NCBI GenBank assembly: GCA_000934665.2
Contig: JYFJ02003349.1
Location: 1 to 43,486 of the forward strand
Length of the DNA: 43,486 nucleotides
Reading direction: 5' to 3'
Source of the DNA: Catajapyx aquilonaris
Lineage: Eukaryota
A program made the position numbers and the translations under genes. Below are positions 1-10,770 of the stretch, in pieces. Each line of letters opens with the position of its first letter. The stretch's first letter is position 1. Under the pieces are notes generated by a model. The model worked only from the letters and a program-made list of their open reading frames with translations, did no database searches and was not told the origin of the DNA.

Positions 1-935
1 GCACTCTCCACATGACGATGTCCGAACACGACCAGTTGCCAGGTAACGCCAAAGTCGTTGTTTACACTTGTTATATGCTATTGTGTCCAGCACTGTACAA
101 GCGGCCCAGCCAACCAAGCCCAGCGCGCCCAAATTTCTAGCGTGTGAGAAATCTGCACGCGCAGATTGCCCCAGGAGATCGCATGCGCTGTGCCCTCCTG
201 GGTGGGTGGGGAGGCAATAAGTTGCTCCCAAATTTCTTCGTTTGTGCTGGCCCTTACACTTGTTTGGAAATGTGTCAACCAAAATACCGCAAGAAAATTG
301 ATGATACTGCACCTTAGCAATTGATGGTTAACCTCTAGCTCATAAAGAATATTGATTTTGTAATGTTTCTCCCTCATCACCTAGTAACCCAATGTGGATT
401 ACAGTGGCACGCAGATGTGCTGAAGATATGCTAAATTAAGATGTGGCGTTGATCAAAATCAATGATCTAAATTAAGGGTGTAATGGATGTGGCCTCTCTT
501 GGCTCCCTATGATGATTCATTCAGGTCTGAAATACTCTGCCAAAAGCTGTCATTTTCTGCCCTCTTTATGGGATTTTCAAGCCCTTCTCATATGGAGATA
601 TATGGAAAGGAAAGCTGGAAAACCCCACAAAGACTCACAAACTTGACTTAGGCAGACAAGTAAAAGTCTCTCATGTAGGTACCACCACATATTTTAGCAA
701 GTTTACCAAGAACTTATCTGGAATTGTGTTTTTCCAGCCTTTCCCATAAGATCTTTCTACTACATGAACTCTTCCAGTTTGTACTCATTTACTAGGTGCA
801 GTTATCAATTTAAAATGAGCCGTATTTATTGGGGAAAACCTATGGGACAGACAATGTCGATTGGCAGGAATAACCTTCAAACCTTAGGGAAAATTTGCCG
901 CATGCGCATAATTATGTAACTAGAGGGAGCAGACG

Positions 936-1818
936 TTGCATCATGTGATCAGAACAGAAGAAACTCACTGTACTCGCCTTCCAAGTAGTATCAGCATACG
1001 AGAATGCATTGATAATTCCTGCTCCCATACAGCAAATTCCATCCAAGATATCGCGCAAAAATTGAAATGGGAAGTCCTCAGCAGCCCCACCCCCTGCCCC
1101 CTCCACCCGACCTGTCACCCTGTGACTTTTAGCATTTTTGGCGAACAGAAGCTTTGCCTGGATGCAGATTCCAAATGGATGAAGAAGTGAAGGCCAGAGA
1201 TCGGAATGTGGTTACAGTGACAACCCCATGACAACTTCTATGAGAATACCATTGTACACTTACAAGGGAATGACCAAGTGTCGTCCCCTCCGGTTTGGCT
1301 GAAGCTCGCTTGAGGGGTAAATAATGTCATAAACACAGTAGCGGAAGTCCTAAAAGGCAATGTTTGGTCGTTTACGAGGTATGATCGACATAAATATCTG
1401 AATTTTGGCCGCACGTATGTGTACGGGGTGGGAACGTTGACAGGAGCGTGAGAAAGCAACGTGTAGATGGTCGCATAATACCCGAGCAACGAAAGAATAG
1501 AAAACGAAAAATGTGGCGGGGGGATGGTGTAGGGGATCGGAAAAAAAGGGGATGGGGGGACACTACCACCTTTTGCCTTGCACTTGCCCCTTTTCCCCCC
1601 GACCAGTATACATATGCACGGCCAAAATTCGGATGTTTCTGTCGATCATACCTTGGAAATGACTGAACATTGCCGTTTAGGACTTTCACTACTGTGTTTA
1701 TGACATTATTTACCCCTCAAGCGAATTTCAGCCAAATCGGAGGGGACAACCCTTGGTCATTCCCTTGTTAGTGTCTCCATGGGATAAATGTACAAATCAT
1801 TACAGGAAATACTCTTGA
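936..1818 (+). pseudogene. Degraded mariner transposase C-terminal half, interrupted by a MITE
   Basis: Frameshifted translation gives DNSCSHTA..KLKWEVLSSP..PDLSPCDFSIFG..RFQMDEEVK, resembling the mariner HDNARPH and YSPDLSPCDF motifs. Removing 1263-1770 restores IVHL/VSPWDKCTNHYRKYS*. Confidence 0.8.
1263..1767. mobile_element. MITE with long (about 165 bp) TIRs and TTA TSD, PIF/Harbinger-like
   Basis: CAAGGGAATGACCAAG...CTTGGTCATTCCCTTG with TTA at 1260-1262 and 1768-1770. The flanking mariner reading frame rejoins across it. Confidence 0.8.
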
Positions 1819-2559
1819 AAGAAGGTAAAATGTTATCTTGATATAGCTTAAAAATAAGAAGCTTATGGAAAAATATTGCTTACTATAATAGGCAACTATC
1901 TTGGAACATGCTGTATTTTGATATTTTCTTCTTTTAACTAGCCTCTGTAAGGCCCATTCACACAGCATTCTTTTTCCTCAGCAAACTTTAGAATCTCCTT
2001 TTAAGAATCACATGACAATTACCAAGGAGCTTCTAACACTCGCCTTGGAAAAATAATCTGCTGTGTGAATTGTTTGATTGTTGAGAAATGGATCCATTTC
2101 CCTACAAAATACCCAAACTTTTAATTTTTGCCAGAATTCGGAAATTATGTTCAGACAGGAGAACGGACACACGTCATGAAGGTTGGAAAAAATGAAAAAG
2201 GAAGTAGACAGAACAGAGCTACAATGAGAGTGAACAGCTGCTGGGCACTGATTCACCACATCATGAACTGTAACGTTAATTCACCCACCATTCCCCACAA
2301 TTTGATCAACCCTGGACCCTCAAAAGAGTGCCCCATACCCCCTCCGACTCAGCCCCAAAAATACAGTGAAGGCCTCCCTACAAAAAAGAGCTGAGGAGCA
2401 AGGATCGCAGGATGTGCACAGCAAAAAAAAAAAAAACAAAAAAAAAAACAGCGTGGCATTTTTGTATGGTTTGTTACATTGTTGAAAGGCAGCCAACTAC
2501 AAGACCTCCCAACCCCCACCCGCCCAAAGCTGATTGTGAGAGCCACGAACCCTACGTTC

Positions 2560-3147
2560 CCTTCGCAGAATCGAAACCGGTATACTTACCCCTTGCCTCT
2601 CCTGGTTTACTCCCTCGAGGAGGACCGCCTGTTCAGGGCGTTCTGGCGGATCTAACGGCTGCTACCACACTGCCCAATTCAAACCGCACCGACTGCAAAG
2701 GGACGGGCGGGATGCCGAGGCGGTGAGGGCACTGGGTTTGGGGTAGGCGGGCGGGTGATAAGTGAGTGTTCTATGTGCGACGCTTCAACTAGCTGGCGAT
2801 GGCGTCTCTCCCGTACAATGGGCTACGTCTTGCTCTCCTTGCAGGGATTCGGAGGGGACTAACGGGGGGGAGGGATAGGGATGAAGGGGAATGGAACGAT
2901 GGAAGGCCAGAGCTTAGTGGCGCCACCTACGTAGTGCGGTCCGAGAGGTTCCGGGAAATCCCGAGGTTGCCCGATCAGAAAGCGTGAGATTACGGGGATT
3001 ACAGCAGGACTATTCCTTACTCATGCTTATGATTCACTGGTAGAAGTTCATGCTGTTTTGGAACAGTTTTGCAGTTAGCATATCTTTAAAAAAGGAATTG
3101 GCTACACTGGACTCTGAGGGCTGGGTTTTCTGACGTCACATTTAAAG
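2560..3147. promoter_or_regulatory. CpG/GC-rich probable promoter region of pen-2, possibly bidirectional
   Basis: Local CpG enrichment directly upstream of pen-2; CTCF-core-like TAGGTGGCGC on the - strand (about 2920-2929); strong - strand splice donor at 2589. Confidence 0.35.
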
Positions 3148-3586
3148 ATGGACGTCTCTCGGATGAAAAATGACAAGAAGCTGTATCTTTGCCGTTGGTA
3201 TTACAGAGGTAGGTAGATCCAAAGACTCTAGTTTCATATGCAGTGGTCAGAAAATAATTGATTGTTCCTTGTCACATAGCTGGTTTTGCCTGCCTGCCAT
3301 TCATGTGGTGTATCAATGCAATATGGTTTTTTCTTGAGGCCTTCATGAAGCCACCATACGAAGAACAAAAGGAAATCAAGAAATGTAAGATGTGCAATGC
3401 ACTGTTAATTAGCATGTGTTGCAACTTCTTCTACCTTTAATTGCAGATGTGATTCGTTCAGCTATTGGAGCGCTGATTTGGGCAACAGCACTCATCACCT
3501 GGATTGTCATCTTCCAAACCTACAGGGCAGAATGGGGTGAAGCAGCCGACAGGATTTCATTTATAATACCAACTGGCATTCCATAA
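3148..3586 (+). CDS. pen-2: Gamma-secretase subunit PEN-2 (presenilin enhancer 2); exons 3148-3208, 3280-3384, 3447-3586
   Basis: GT-AG splicing gives 306 nt, 101 aa: [101 protein letters not shown]. This is colinear with PEN-2/PSENEN (KLxLCRxYY, GFAxLPFxW, SFxIPxGxP). Confidence 0.97.
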
Positions 3587-3635
3587 TTGTTTATAGAAAT
3601 TACAAGGTATCAATTTTTTTGTAAAATCAAGCGAT

Positions 3636-3641
3636 AATAAA
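3636..3641 (+). terminator. Probable pen-2 polyadenylation signal
   Basis: AATAAA 50 nt after the pen-2 stop codon. Confidence 0.6.
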
Positions 3642-3716
3642 TCACAAGCCTTTTTACTAATAACTGTCTCTAAAAACACAATCAAAATGGTGTCAGTCTT
3701 CTAAAAATGAGCATGC

Positions 3717-3824
3717 CTATGTTGTGCTTGACAACTTGCGGCCATTGATTCTCTTGAGTTTGTTTCTGGGCAGCCTGTCAAAAAAGAGCAGTCCTGCCTT
3801 TTTCTCCACTGTTTCAGGTGGGAC
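3717..3824 (-). CDS. EndoG: Endonuclease G, mitochondrial; exon 3 (last)
   Basis: Acceptor tcttctcatttttcag, then VPPETVEKKAGLLFFDRLPRNKLKRINGRKLSSTT*, matching the EndoG C-terminus (VPxExIERAxGLLF). Phase 0 fits exon 2. Not present in the ORF track. Confidence 0.92.
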   Translation of the reverse strand, partial: VPPETVEKKAGLLFFDRLPRNKLKRINGRKLSSTT

Positions 3825-4026
3825 CTGAAAAATGAGAAGAATCATATTAAAATTTCCCTGACAAAGTTTATAATCTGCTACAATTGTGGGAATTTAAATG
3901 AGGGGCAAGTTTGGTATTACATAAAAATACGACTGAGTTCCATAAAAAGCTGCCAATTTTTCACTGCACATCTTGAAACACAAGATTGAATTCAGAAACA
4001 TGTTACCAGTAGGCATTAGTCCTGGG

Positions 4027-4395
4027 CAGCCCACGGACACTACCCCTACAGTCTTATCTTATCACCTGCCGGGGCGTTTTGCATGGGGTGCTCACTTGAG
4101 AGCGCCATGAGACCTTTCACTGCTGGATTATGTGGCGACCCTACCGGACTACGGTGAACTTTATAGGTACAAAAGGGAAGCGTTACATTGGGGGACCCAA
4201 CATGGTTGCCAGCGGCCTTGTTGGGCCCACTTGTAGCGGCTTCACTTCTACCTAAGTTCAGCGTAGTCCGGTAGGGTCGCCACATAATCCAGCAGTGAAA
4301 AGCTGTCTCATGGCGCTCTCAAGTGAGCACCTCATGCAAAACACCCCGGCAGGAGATAAGTGGGAGTGACCAGACCTGAGTATTCTGAGACCATG
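4027..4395. mobile_element. Palindromic non-autonomous element with asymmetric ends (CAGCCC...ACCATG), copy 1
   Basis: 8-bp TSD GTCCTGGG (4019-4026, 4396-4403); roughly 100-130 bp internal inverted arms; homologous to 36960-37276 and 37691-38066. Confidence 0.9.
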
Positions 4396-4403
4396 GTCCT
4401 GGG

Positions 4404-4679
4404 CAGCCCCCTGCAACTCCCTATCTAGCCATATGGGGTAGGCCGTGCACTTAGTGAGTCCCCTATCCCCGGATGTGGAGTAGGCCTACTGTACCAAATC
4501 GCATTTGGGTGGCTGGTGCGGTGGATCTGCAAACTGGGGCTGAATGGGAGTTGGCAATTTAGGTACGTTCAGTATGGTTCAGAAGTCATCGGCCCAAATG
4601 CGATTTGGTACAGTGCTCCACATCTGGGGATAAGGGACTTGCTAAGCGCACGCGAAAAGAGAGGGAGTTGCGGGGGCTG
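4404..4679. mobile_element. MITE with CAGCCCCC TIRs and 8-bp TSD (P- or hAT-type)
   Basis: CAGCCCCCTGCAACTCCCT...AGGGAGTTGCGGGGGCTG; TSD GTCCTGGG at 4396-4403 and 4680-4687; extra internal inverted repeats (CTGTACCAAATCGCATTTGGG). Confidence 0.88.
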
Positions 4680-5254
4680 GTCCTGGGATTAAGACAAAAC
4701 TAAGAGACTTGATCACATTTCATATTCATAAACCCTTTTGAAGTTCCTGCTAGTCATAAGGACTACAAATAAATACCCAAGTCCCAATATTAAAAACCAA
4801 TGCGTTAGGAAATATACTACTTTAGGCCTGTTGGGGCCAGTTTAAAAAAATTCAAATTAAGGAGAGCATCTGCAATGATGCATTAGCTGCTACGGATAAT
4901 TGGAGATTTTCTCCTAATTTGTATTTGAGAAACCAGCCCTAAGACCTCCAAGGGGGTCGCGCGTGGCCGCGGTTATATTTATAAATTTAAAAATTACTGA
5001 TATTAAACAGAAATAAAATTAATTTTATAAATCTCATCTCATCATGAAGGTTTTTTCCAACACCTACTAACACTCCGGGGGGGGGGGGGGNTAAAATTAT
5101 CAATCAATTTCATAAATGCAGTGCAATTAACCCTGTACTGCACACATTTAGGATTTTGGGAAGAAAAAAAATTCGAATGCCTTTTTCTCATCATAGGCGA
5201 CATAAGGATGGTTTTTTAAATGTTTTGGTCATCTCTGACCCAATGACGTTGAAG

Positions 5255-5635
5255 TTGCATGGGCTGAGTCAAAAGTCATGGCGAGTATTTTTAAATTCAA
5301 AATCGATAACACATACAGATATGATCTTTGCTAAGTTTTGAAGGTCCGGCGATTACAATTTGATCTGATATATAGACGGCATCCATATCGCAAAGGGGGC
5401 CAGAAAACTAAATGCGATCATAACCCTCACCATTCCACCGCCTCATGCAGCTCGGGGTGGGGGGGTCACGATCCCTTTTCGTTTACCGGCTCCCCTTGAG
5501 ATCTCGGAGCCATCTATATTCCAGTCCAAATTGCATTCGCCGGACCTTACAAACATAGTAATGGTCATATCTGTACATGTTACCGGAACCTTTTGAATAA
5601 AAATACGTACAATGACTTAGGACTCAAACCTCAAG
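5255..5635. repeat. Degenerate long inverted repeat, probable DNA-transposon relic
   Basis: ACAGATATGATC..AAGGTCCGGCGATTACAATTTG pairs with CAAATTGCATTCGCCGGACCTT..GTCATATCTGT. A TTAA|CCC piggyBac-like end lies at about 5127-5133. Confidence 0.55.
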
Positions 5636-5747
5636 CAATATTGTGCCTGTGCCGCCAAAAAATTGTGATGAAATTGTGCTGGCAAATTTAGAATGGCCTC
5701 AAATGGCGACGAGAGAGCTACTCTTGCAGTTTTACACATGCAATTGG

Positions 5748-5905
5748 ATATATATATATTTTGTACCCCGTGCTAGAGCCATGGGCTCTCTTAGGGGGGT
5801 GGGATACCACCATATTTTTTCCTGTCTGGAACTCTTTCTTGCATCTTTACTTTTCCTTATTGGGGATGGGATAGGGACAGAAGGAAGTGGCTGTAGCCGT
5901 ATCGC
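5748..5905 (-). mobile_element. 5'-truncated chimeric SINE (family B body with family A-type tail)
   Basis: GGGATAGGGACAGAAGGAAGTGGCTGT matches the SINE B body; TTAGGGGGGTGGGATACCACCAT matches the SINE A tail; (TA)n tail. Confidence 0.7.
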
Positions 5906-6689
5906 AGGTCATGTGTGCACCTCCTTTTTTCCAGGTCAACCCAGCAGCAGGATTGATTACATGTGTGCTGCTATTGGCAGCTAATATTTTCGATGGCGCC
6001 GAAGTGGGACATTTTACACGTCGCTGCTACGTCATCGCAAAATCACTGCTATTAATCACCGTTATAAAACGACACTTGAAGTTGGTCCACCCTGTATTTT
6101 TTACCGGGGGGGGGGAAAGGAGGAGGGAAAATACAGACCTTCAATGGCCCAGGAAAGGTAAATACTGGACCTTGTCATAAACTAGCTGAATACCCCTGGT
6201 ATAGTACATGCCCCACTTGCAACTCACCTCGAACATAGCACGGTTTTATGTTCCATGGAATTATTTAGTGAAAGGAACATGAATGGATCACGGAAATGCA
6301 TGGAATCTAGGTTCTAATAATTATATGACCCACCTCTATACGTGTTTAGAAGACCCCCTGGACCCAAGGAATCAGGATGCAGTCAGGATTTCCGTAGATA
6401 CCAATATCAGGCATGTGCTATCTGTATTTTCATTATTATAGGCTTCGTTCAATAAGGTCGACATTCGCTTATCTTGAAAATGCAACATTCCGCGGTTTTG
6501 AGTTCCATGATTCAATTGCATCAAACTTATCACAGTGTGTAGGAACAGTGGGCTGAAATACAAACTCTGATTCAGAGGTAAAAACTATGGCCTTGACTAT
6601 TTAAAAAAATTACATTAGGTTGTGTCGGGGACACAAGCTGCAGCATTTGCGGGCTCAACCTACATTATGTTTCACTTTTCTCGACTATA

Positions 6690-6924
6690 ATGGTGGGGGC
6701 ATGCAGGCGCGGATACGTCTTTAAAATCGGATCAAGGGGCATGCAGGCAAACTCGAGCGTTACAGAAAAGTGTTGGTTATAATAGACTGTAATGCTCGAG
6801 TTTGCCTGCATGCCCCCACCATGGGCCCCCTCGCAGGGCCCTGCTGTAACGCTTTTCTGTAACACTTTTATGTAAAGCTCGAGTTTGCCTGCATGCCCCC
6901 TGATCTGATTTTAAAGACGTATCC
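6690..6924. repeat. Interleaved inverted repeats of GGGGCATGCAGGC(AAACTCGAGC)
   Basis: 6711-6758 pairs with 6877-6924, and 6690-6708 pairs with about 6804-6822; four motif copies in total. Confidence 0.8.
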
Positions 6925-7423
6925 ATGTCAAAAACATTACAATCACTTGCCATCCTTCTCTTGGTAACACTAAAGATGCCACTTTTCCTAATGACAGTTA
7001 ATGCAATTACTAGCAATAAGAGCGATGCACTGTGCCATTAAAAAATCACACTTAAATTTTAATGCCAAATACGTTTATTTTATAAAAGATGCCTTTCTAG
7101 TAATGTTTGGAAAAAGTAAGATTACTGGTTCACCTCCGATCTCAAAAAAGCAGTTTATAAATTTCTTTTGTTTCAATTAATATTAGATCTCTACAAGTAA
7201 AAAATTCAGGGTAAGGCTGAAGGCAAATCAGGTTCGGAGGTCATGAAATGTATACTCTGCATTGGCCCTCTAACGGTAAGTAGAAGCTAAAAAACAAACT
7301 ACAGTGGAGCATTGATTATCCGAACAGAGTCTGCCCAGGGGGCGTTCGGATAACTGATTGTTCGGATAACTGATCCGTTATGGAAAAGAAATTGTACTGG
7401 TGCCATAGGAGCATAGGAGCATA

Positions 7424-7473
7424 GGAGGGAGAGGGACAGGGACAGGGACAGGGAGAGGGAGAGAGAGAGAGAG
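7424..7473. repeat. (GGGACA)n/(GA)n purine microsatellite
   Basis: Directly visible. Confidence 0.85.
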
Positions 7474-8518
7474 ATGTTGAAGGGGGTCAATCTGAAGGAG
7501 TTAAGCTTACTGCTTTATTCTGCAAGCTAGCTTGACAGGAGTGAACTTGGATTTAACTTGCCCCACTGTCACATTATGTCAATTTTTACATCTACGGTTA
7601 CAATCAACTGAATGCATAAGAAAATAATAGGGTAACGTGGGGTAATTCCAACATGAAAATTTAGGGTTATTTTTTCTATTCTAGTTGAAATGCAATTTCT
7701 TTTCCTTTCACAATTAAATTTTTTATGAATAAGGCATTTCATTCTCTCACTGGTGTCTACATTTCAGAAATTTTTGAGTAGCACTTTACTGATTTCCAAG
7801 AAGTTGTGGTGGAGACTTTGATTTTCGCACCGTCCAAACTCAGGTAAGGTACAGGAACAGTAACTTCATGAAAATAATCTTTTAGAAGGTTTTAACTCCA
7901 CTTAAATTCATGCAATAGCAACGTAAATTTTTTTTACTTATGATTTACAATTTTAAACAGTGAAATATATTATTGTATAGAACCTTACGAGAGTTTGGAA
8001 TGAACAAAAATCAATGTCTTCACTGTAACTTCCTGAAAATTAGTCAAGTGCTGCCAGAAAATATTGAAATGCAGAGACAAATTGTGAAAGAAATGAAAAC
8101 GCTGATTCATGACAAATTTAATAATGAAAGAAAGAAAAAGTGGACTTAAACTAAAAGGGTGAGAAAAACCCCCTAAATTTTCGTGTTGTATTGCCTCATG
8201 TTGGAATTCCCCCATGCTACCATACTTCAGACTCCAATAAAAATGTAGTGTTTGAAAGTTGTTGTTTTTTTTTCTTATTTTAGGTGATTTCTGATGTACT
8301 GAAGGCTATTTCGACTGATACATATTGTTGGCCCAGAAAATATTTATGCTCTATGTTTTTTTAAAAAAGACATGTACAAATAAACTAAAAAGTGCCATAA
8401 AATGACTTCTATTCAAGCTAAAAGTAGGATTCTTGAAAATTTTTACAGATATCAGGTGCTGCATTTACAGTTTACCCCATCTGGAGTGAATGCAACACTA
8501 ACTGACCATTCCCTATGG

Positions 8519-9603
8519 CAGTGGTTTTCAACCTGGGGTACGCGAACACAATTTAGGGGGTATGCGAAAGATATGGTGCGATGGCTTCCATCTCTACATT
8601 TGTTGGAATCATATTCTGAATTAACACAACACAAAGAATGGTACTCATTCTCATCTTTCTTTTTGCTAAAATTATTATTTCAATGACGATTTATTATATG
8701 CAGAAGCAGGGGCATTTTCTGACTGATGCCACTTTCATTCAGCCCATGCATTGAAACTCAGAAGCAACACGATAGTGTTAACTCAAACAACTGGTTCAAT
8801 TCTACCATTGCGCTTTGCAACATTGGGAAGGATTTGAAAACAAACTCTGGCTGCAGAGGCTGGTCTACCTGGCCTAAAGATTTTCTAGTCTCAACGAATG
8901 CAAGTGGCGGTTTCAAGATATCACCGCCAATATGTTTAATGTGCAAAACAAAATCAAAGGAATTATTTTAAAAATTTCAGTTATGGGAAAGTTGTGTACA
9001 AGGTAGCAACTTTGCTTGCTTTCCAACCATTTCCAACACTCCAAGAATATTTCAAGTGACAGTGGAAGTCAGCATCCAAGCCAACATACATTATTATTAT
9101 TGGAGCACATTAATCAATTGATGCAATAGTTTAGAAATGGTTTTTCAGAGATGGACATGCCAATCAATTGCGTCAGTATTACAGTTTTTTTACTCCTCCT
9201 GAACAGGTCAGTGCAGAATCACGAAAAGATCATCAAAATTTCTATGAATAGGACTTTGAAATTATTTTTGAAAAATTAGAACTTGGGCTGAAAAATGGAA
9301 GACTATCTGGACCTGGCAACCAGTGCAGTGCTCTGAAGTACCTAATACCATTAACTCCAAGCATTAACTACCTAATTATGTGAAGATATTTTTTGCATTA
9401 ACATCCATGAAAACAAAGTCTGTTGAGAAAGACCTCAGGCTTCAATTGGCACCACTTGTAACCATAAGACAGTGTGAAAGAAGAAAGCACACCTGATAAG
9501 TGCCCACAATTACTATTATAAGGTAACAATTAGGAGTAGGGGTACAAACTGTCCTGACATATTTGAAAAGGGGTATGCGACAAAAAAAGTTTGGGAACCA
9601 CTG
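8519..9603 (+). mobile_element. hAT Buster/Charlie-type deletion derivative with transposase remnant
   Basis: CAGTGGTTTTCAACCT...TTTGGGAACCACTG; perfect TSD CCCTATGG (NNNTANNN); frameshifted hAT dimerisation-domain remnant DYLDLATSA..LKYLIP..LCE..ALTSMKTK..VEKDLRLQL at about 9300-9450. Confidence 0.9.
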
Positions 9604-9748
9604 CCCTATGGCATTGCATGTTGTTGGATATGCTCCATATGGGATAATTGCAATCCTATTTTTTATCTGCAATTTTTTATTTTCAGCATAAAAAAATTTA
9701 ATAACACATTGAAAAGAAAAGAGCTCTTCTCCCTTGTGATTTAAATTT

Positions 9749-10081
9749 AAAAAATATATATATAGATACTAGGGCCAAAACGCCCTATTAGGGGGGTGGG
9801 AATACCACCATATTTGGAACCATGTGTATAATTTACAATTATTTAGTCGGTCCACGATTAGGGTAGGTAGGAGGGGATGTGCAAAGTGCAAGTGCAATGT
9901 CGTTGCTTGGTCATTTTGTGAACTCCCCTGGGTGGATTTGTCTAGCGGAAATTTCCACCCGAGACGAAGCCAGAGATGGCCCAACTCTGCACAAGATGAA
10001 GGGGGGAACCCCGGGTCGGGTTTGAACCCGGGTCCTTAACATCTGTGGGCGCATGCGTTACCGCAGCACCACTCCGCCTCC
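9749..10081 (-). mobile_element. tRNA-derived SINE, family A, full length
   Basis: - strand head with A box TGGTGCTGCGG and B box GTTCAAACC; AT-rich tail; imperfect TSD CTTCTCCCT(T/A)GTGAT; related copies at about 10470 and 20642. Confidence 0.85.
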
Positions 10082-10469
10082 CTTCTCCCTAGTGATGTAA
10101 TTTTTGGATTCCATTTTGTGCAATGTTGTACTTCAGAAATGACAAGTTTCCATATGGCAAGCCATATGGTGTTGGAATTACCCCATCTTTCCCTAGCCTA
10201 GTCCATTTTGGGCCATTACTGACAGACTCACGGAAGCTGATGCTGTTGCAATGGCTCTGGATGAAATTTGGGCAGTTGCAGTAAATCCTAAACAAGTTAT
10301 TAACCCTTTGTCTCCCGCTCAATTCTGCACTCTTTGGGTGGGGGTTTTAAAACAGCACCCTAGGTGAAAATCACTGGATCTGGCACCATTGGTTTCGCTC
10401 TTGATTCATGCACAAGATGGGGCTGAAGCGTCTGAGACCTACAAACCTGAGCTGTTGTTTTTTAATTGG

Positions 10470-10770
10470 GTTTAGTGCACCGCCCAACGAGGGGCATCTG
10501 GCACAGTACCTTTATTTTTGCTTATGTTGTACAAGCTGATACAGTTGGTCCTTTTGCCGTAACGTCCGGGTACCGCGAGTGAAGGGGGGGATGAGTGGGA
10601 GGGGATGTGCAATGTGCAGTGCAATGTCATTGCTTGGTCCGAGTGGTTAGTCTCCAGGAATCCCACCCTAGACGAAGCCAGAGACGACCCAACTCTGCAC
10701 GAGATGTAGGGGGGAATGCCCGACACAAACCTGAGTTGAATCTTGAGAAAGCCATATACCGCCTCAAATG
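10470..10770 (-). mobile_element. Diverged SINE family A-related copy
   Basis: Shares GGAGGGGATGTGCAA..GTGCAATGTC..TGCTTGGTC and AGACGAAGCCAGAGA..CCCAACTCTGCAC with 9749-10081. Confidence 0.7.

Larger units (their letters stand above)
7630..10193. mobile_element. TA-flanked TIR element relic carrying nested insertions
   Basis: TA|GGGTAACGTGGGGTAATTCCAAC ... GTTGGAATTACCCCATCTTTCCC|TA; an extra inverted TIR-like copy at about 8198-8221. Confidence 0.55.

Noticed and set aside
2582..2600. U1 snRNA 5' end (ATACTTACC)
   Set aside because: The match stops after 9 nt; it is simply the reverse complement of a splice donor.
3131..3138. CRE site TGACGTCA before the pen-2 ATG
   Set aside because: It lies 10 nt upstream of the ATG in what may be a 3' splice region (CTGAC branch point, ..AAG|ATG), so a promoter role is unsupported.
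4019..4687. CRISPR-like repeat-spacer pattern
   Set aside because: The repeats are only 8 bp and are TSDs, the 'spacers' are transposons, the context is eukaryotic and there are no cas genes.
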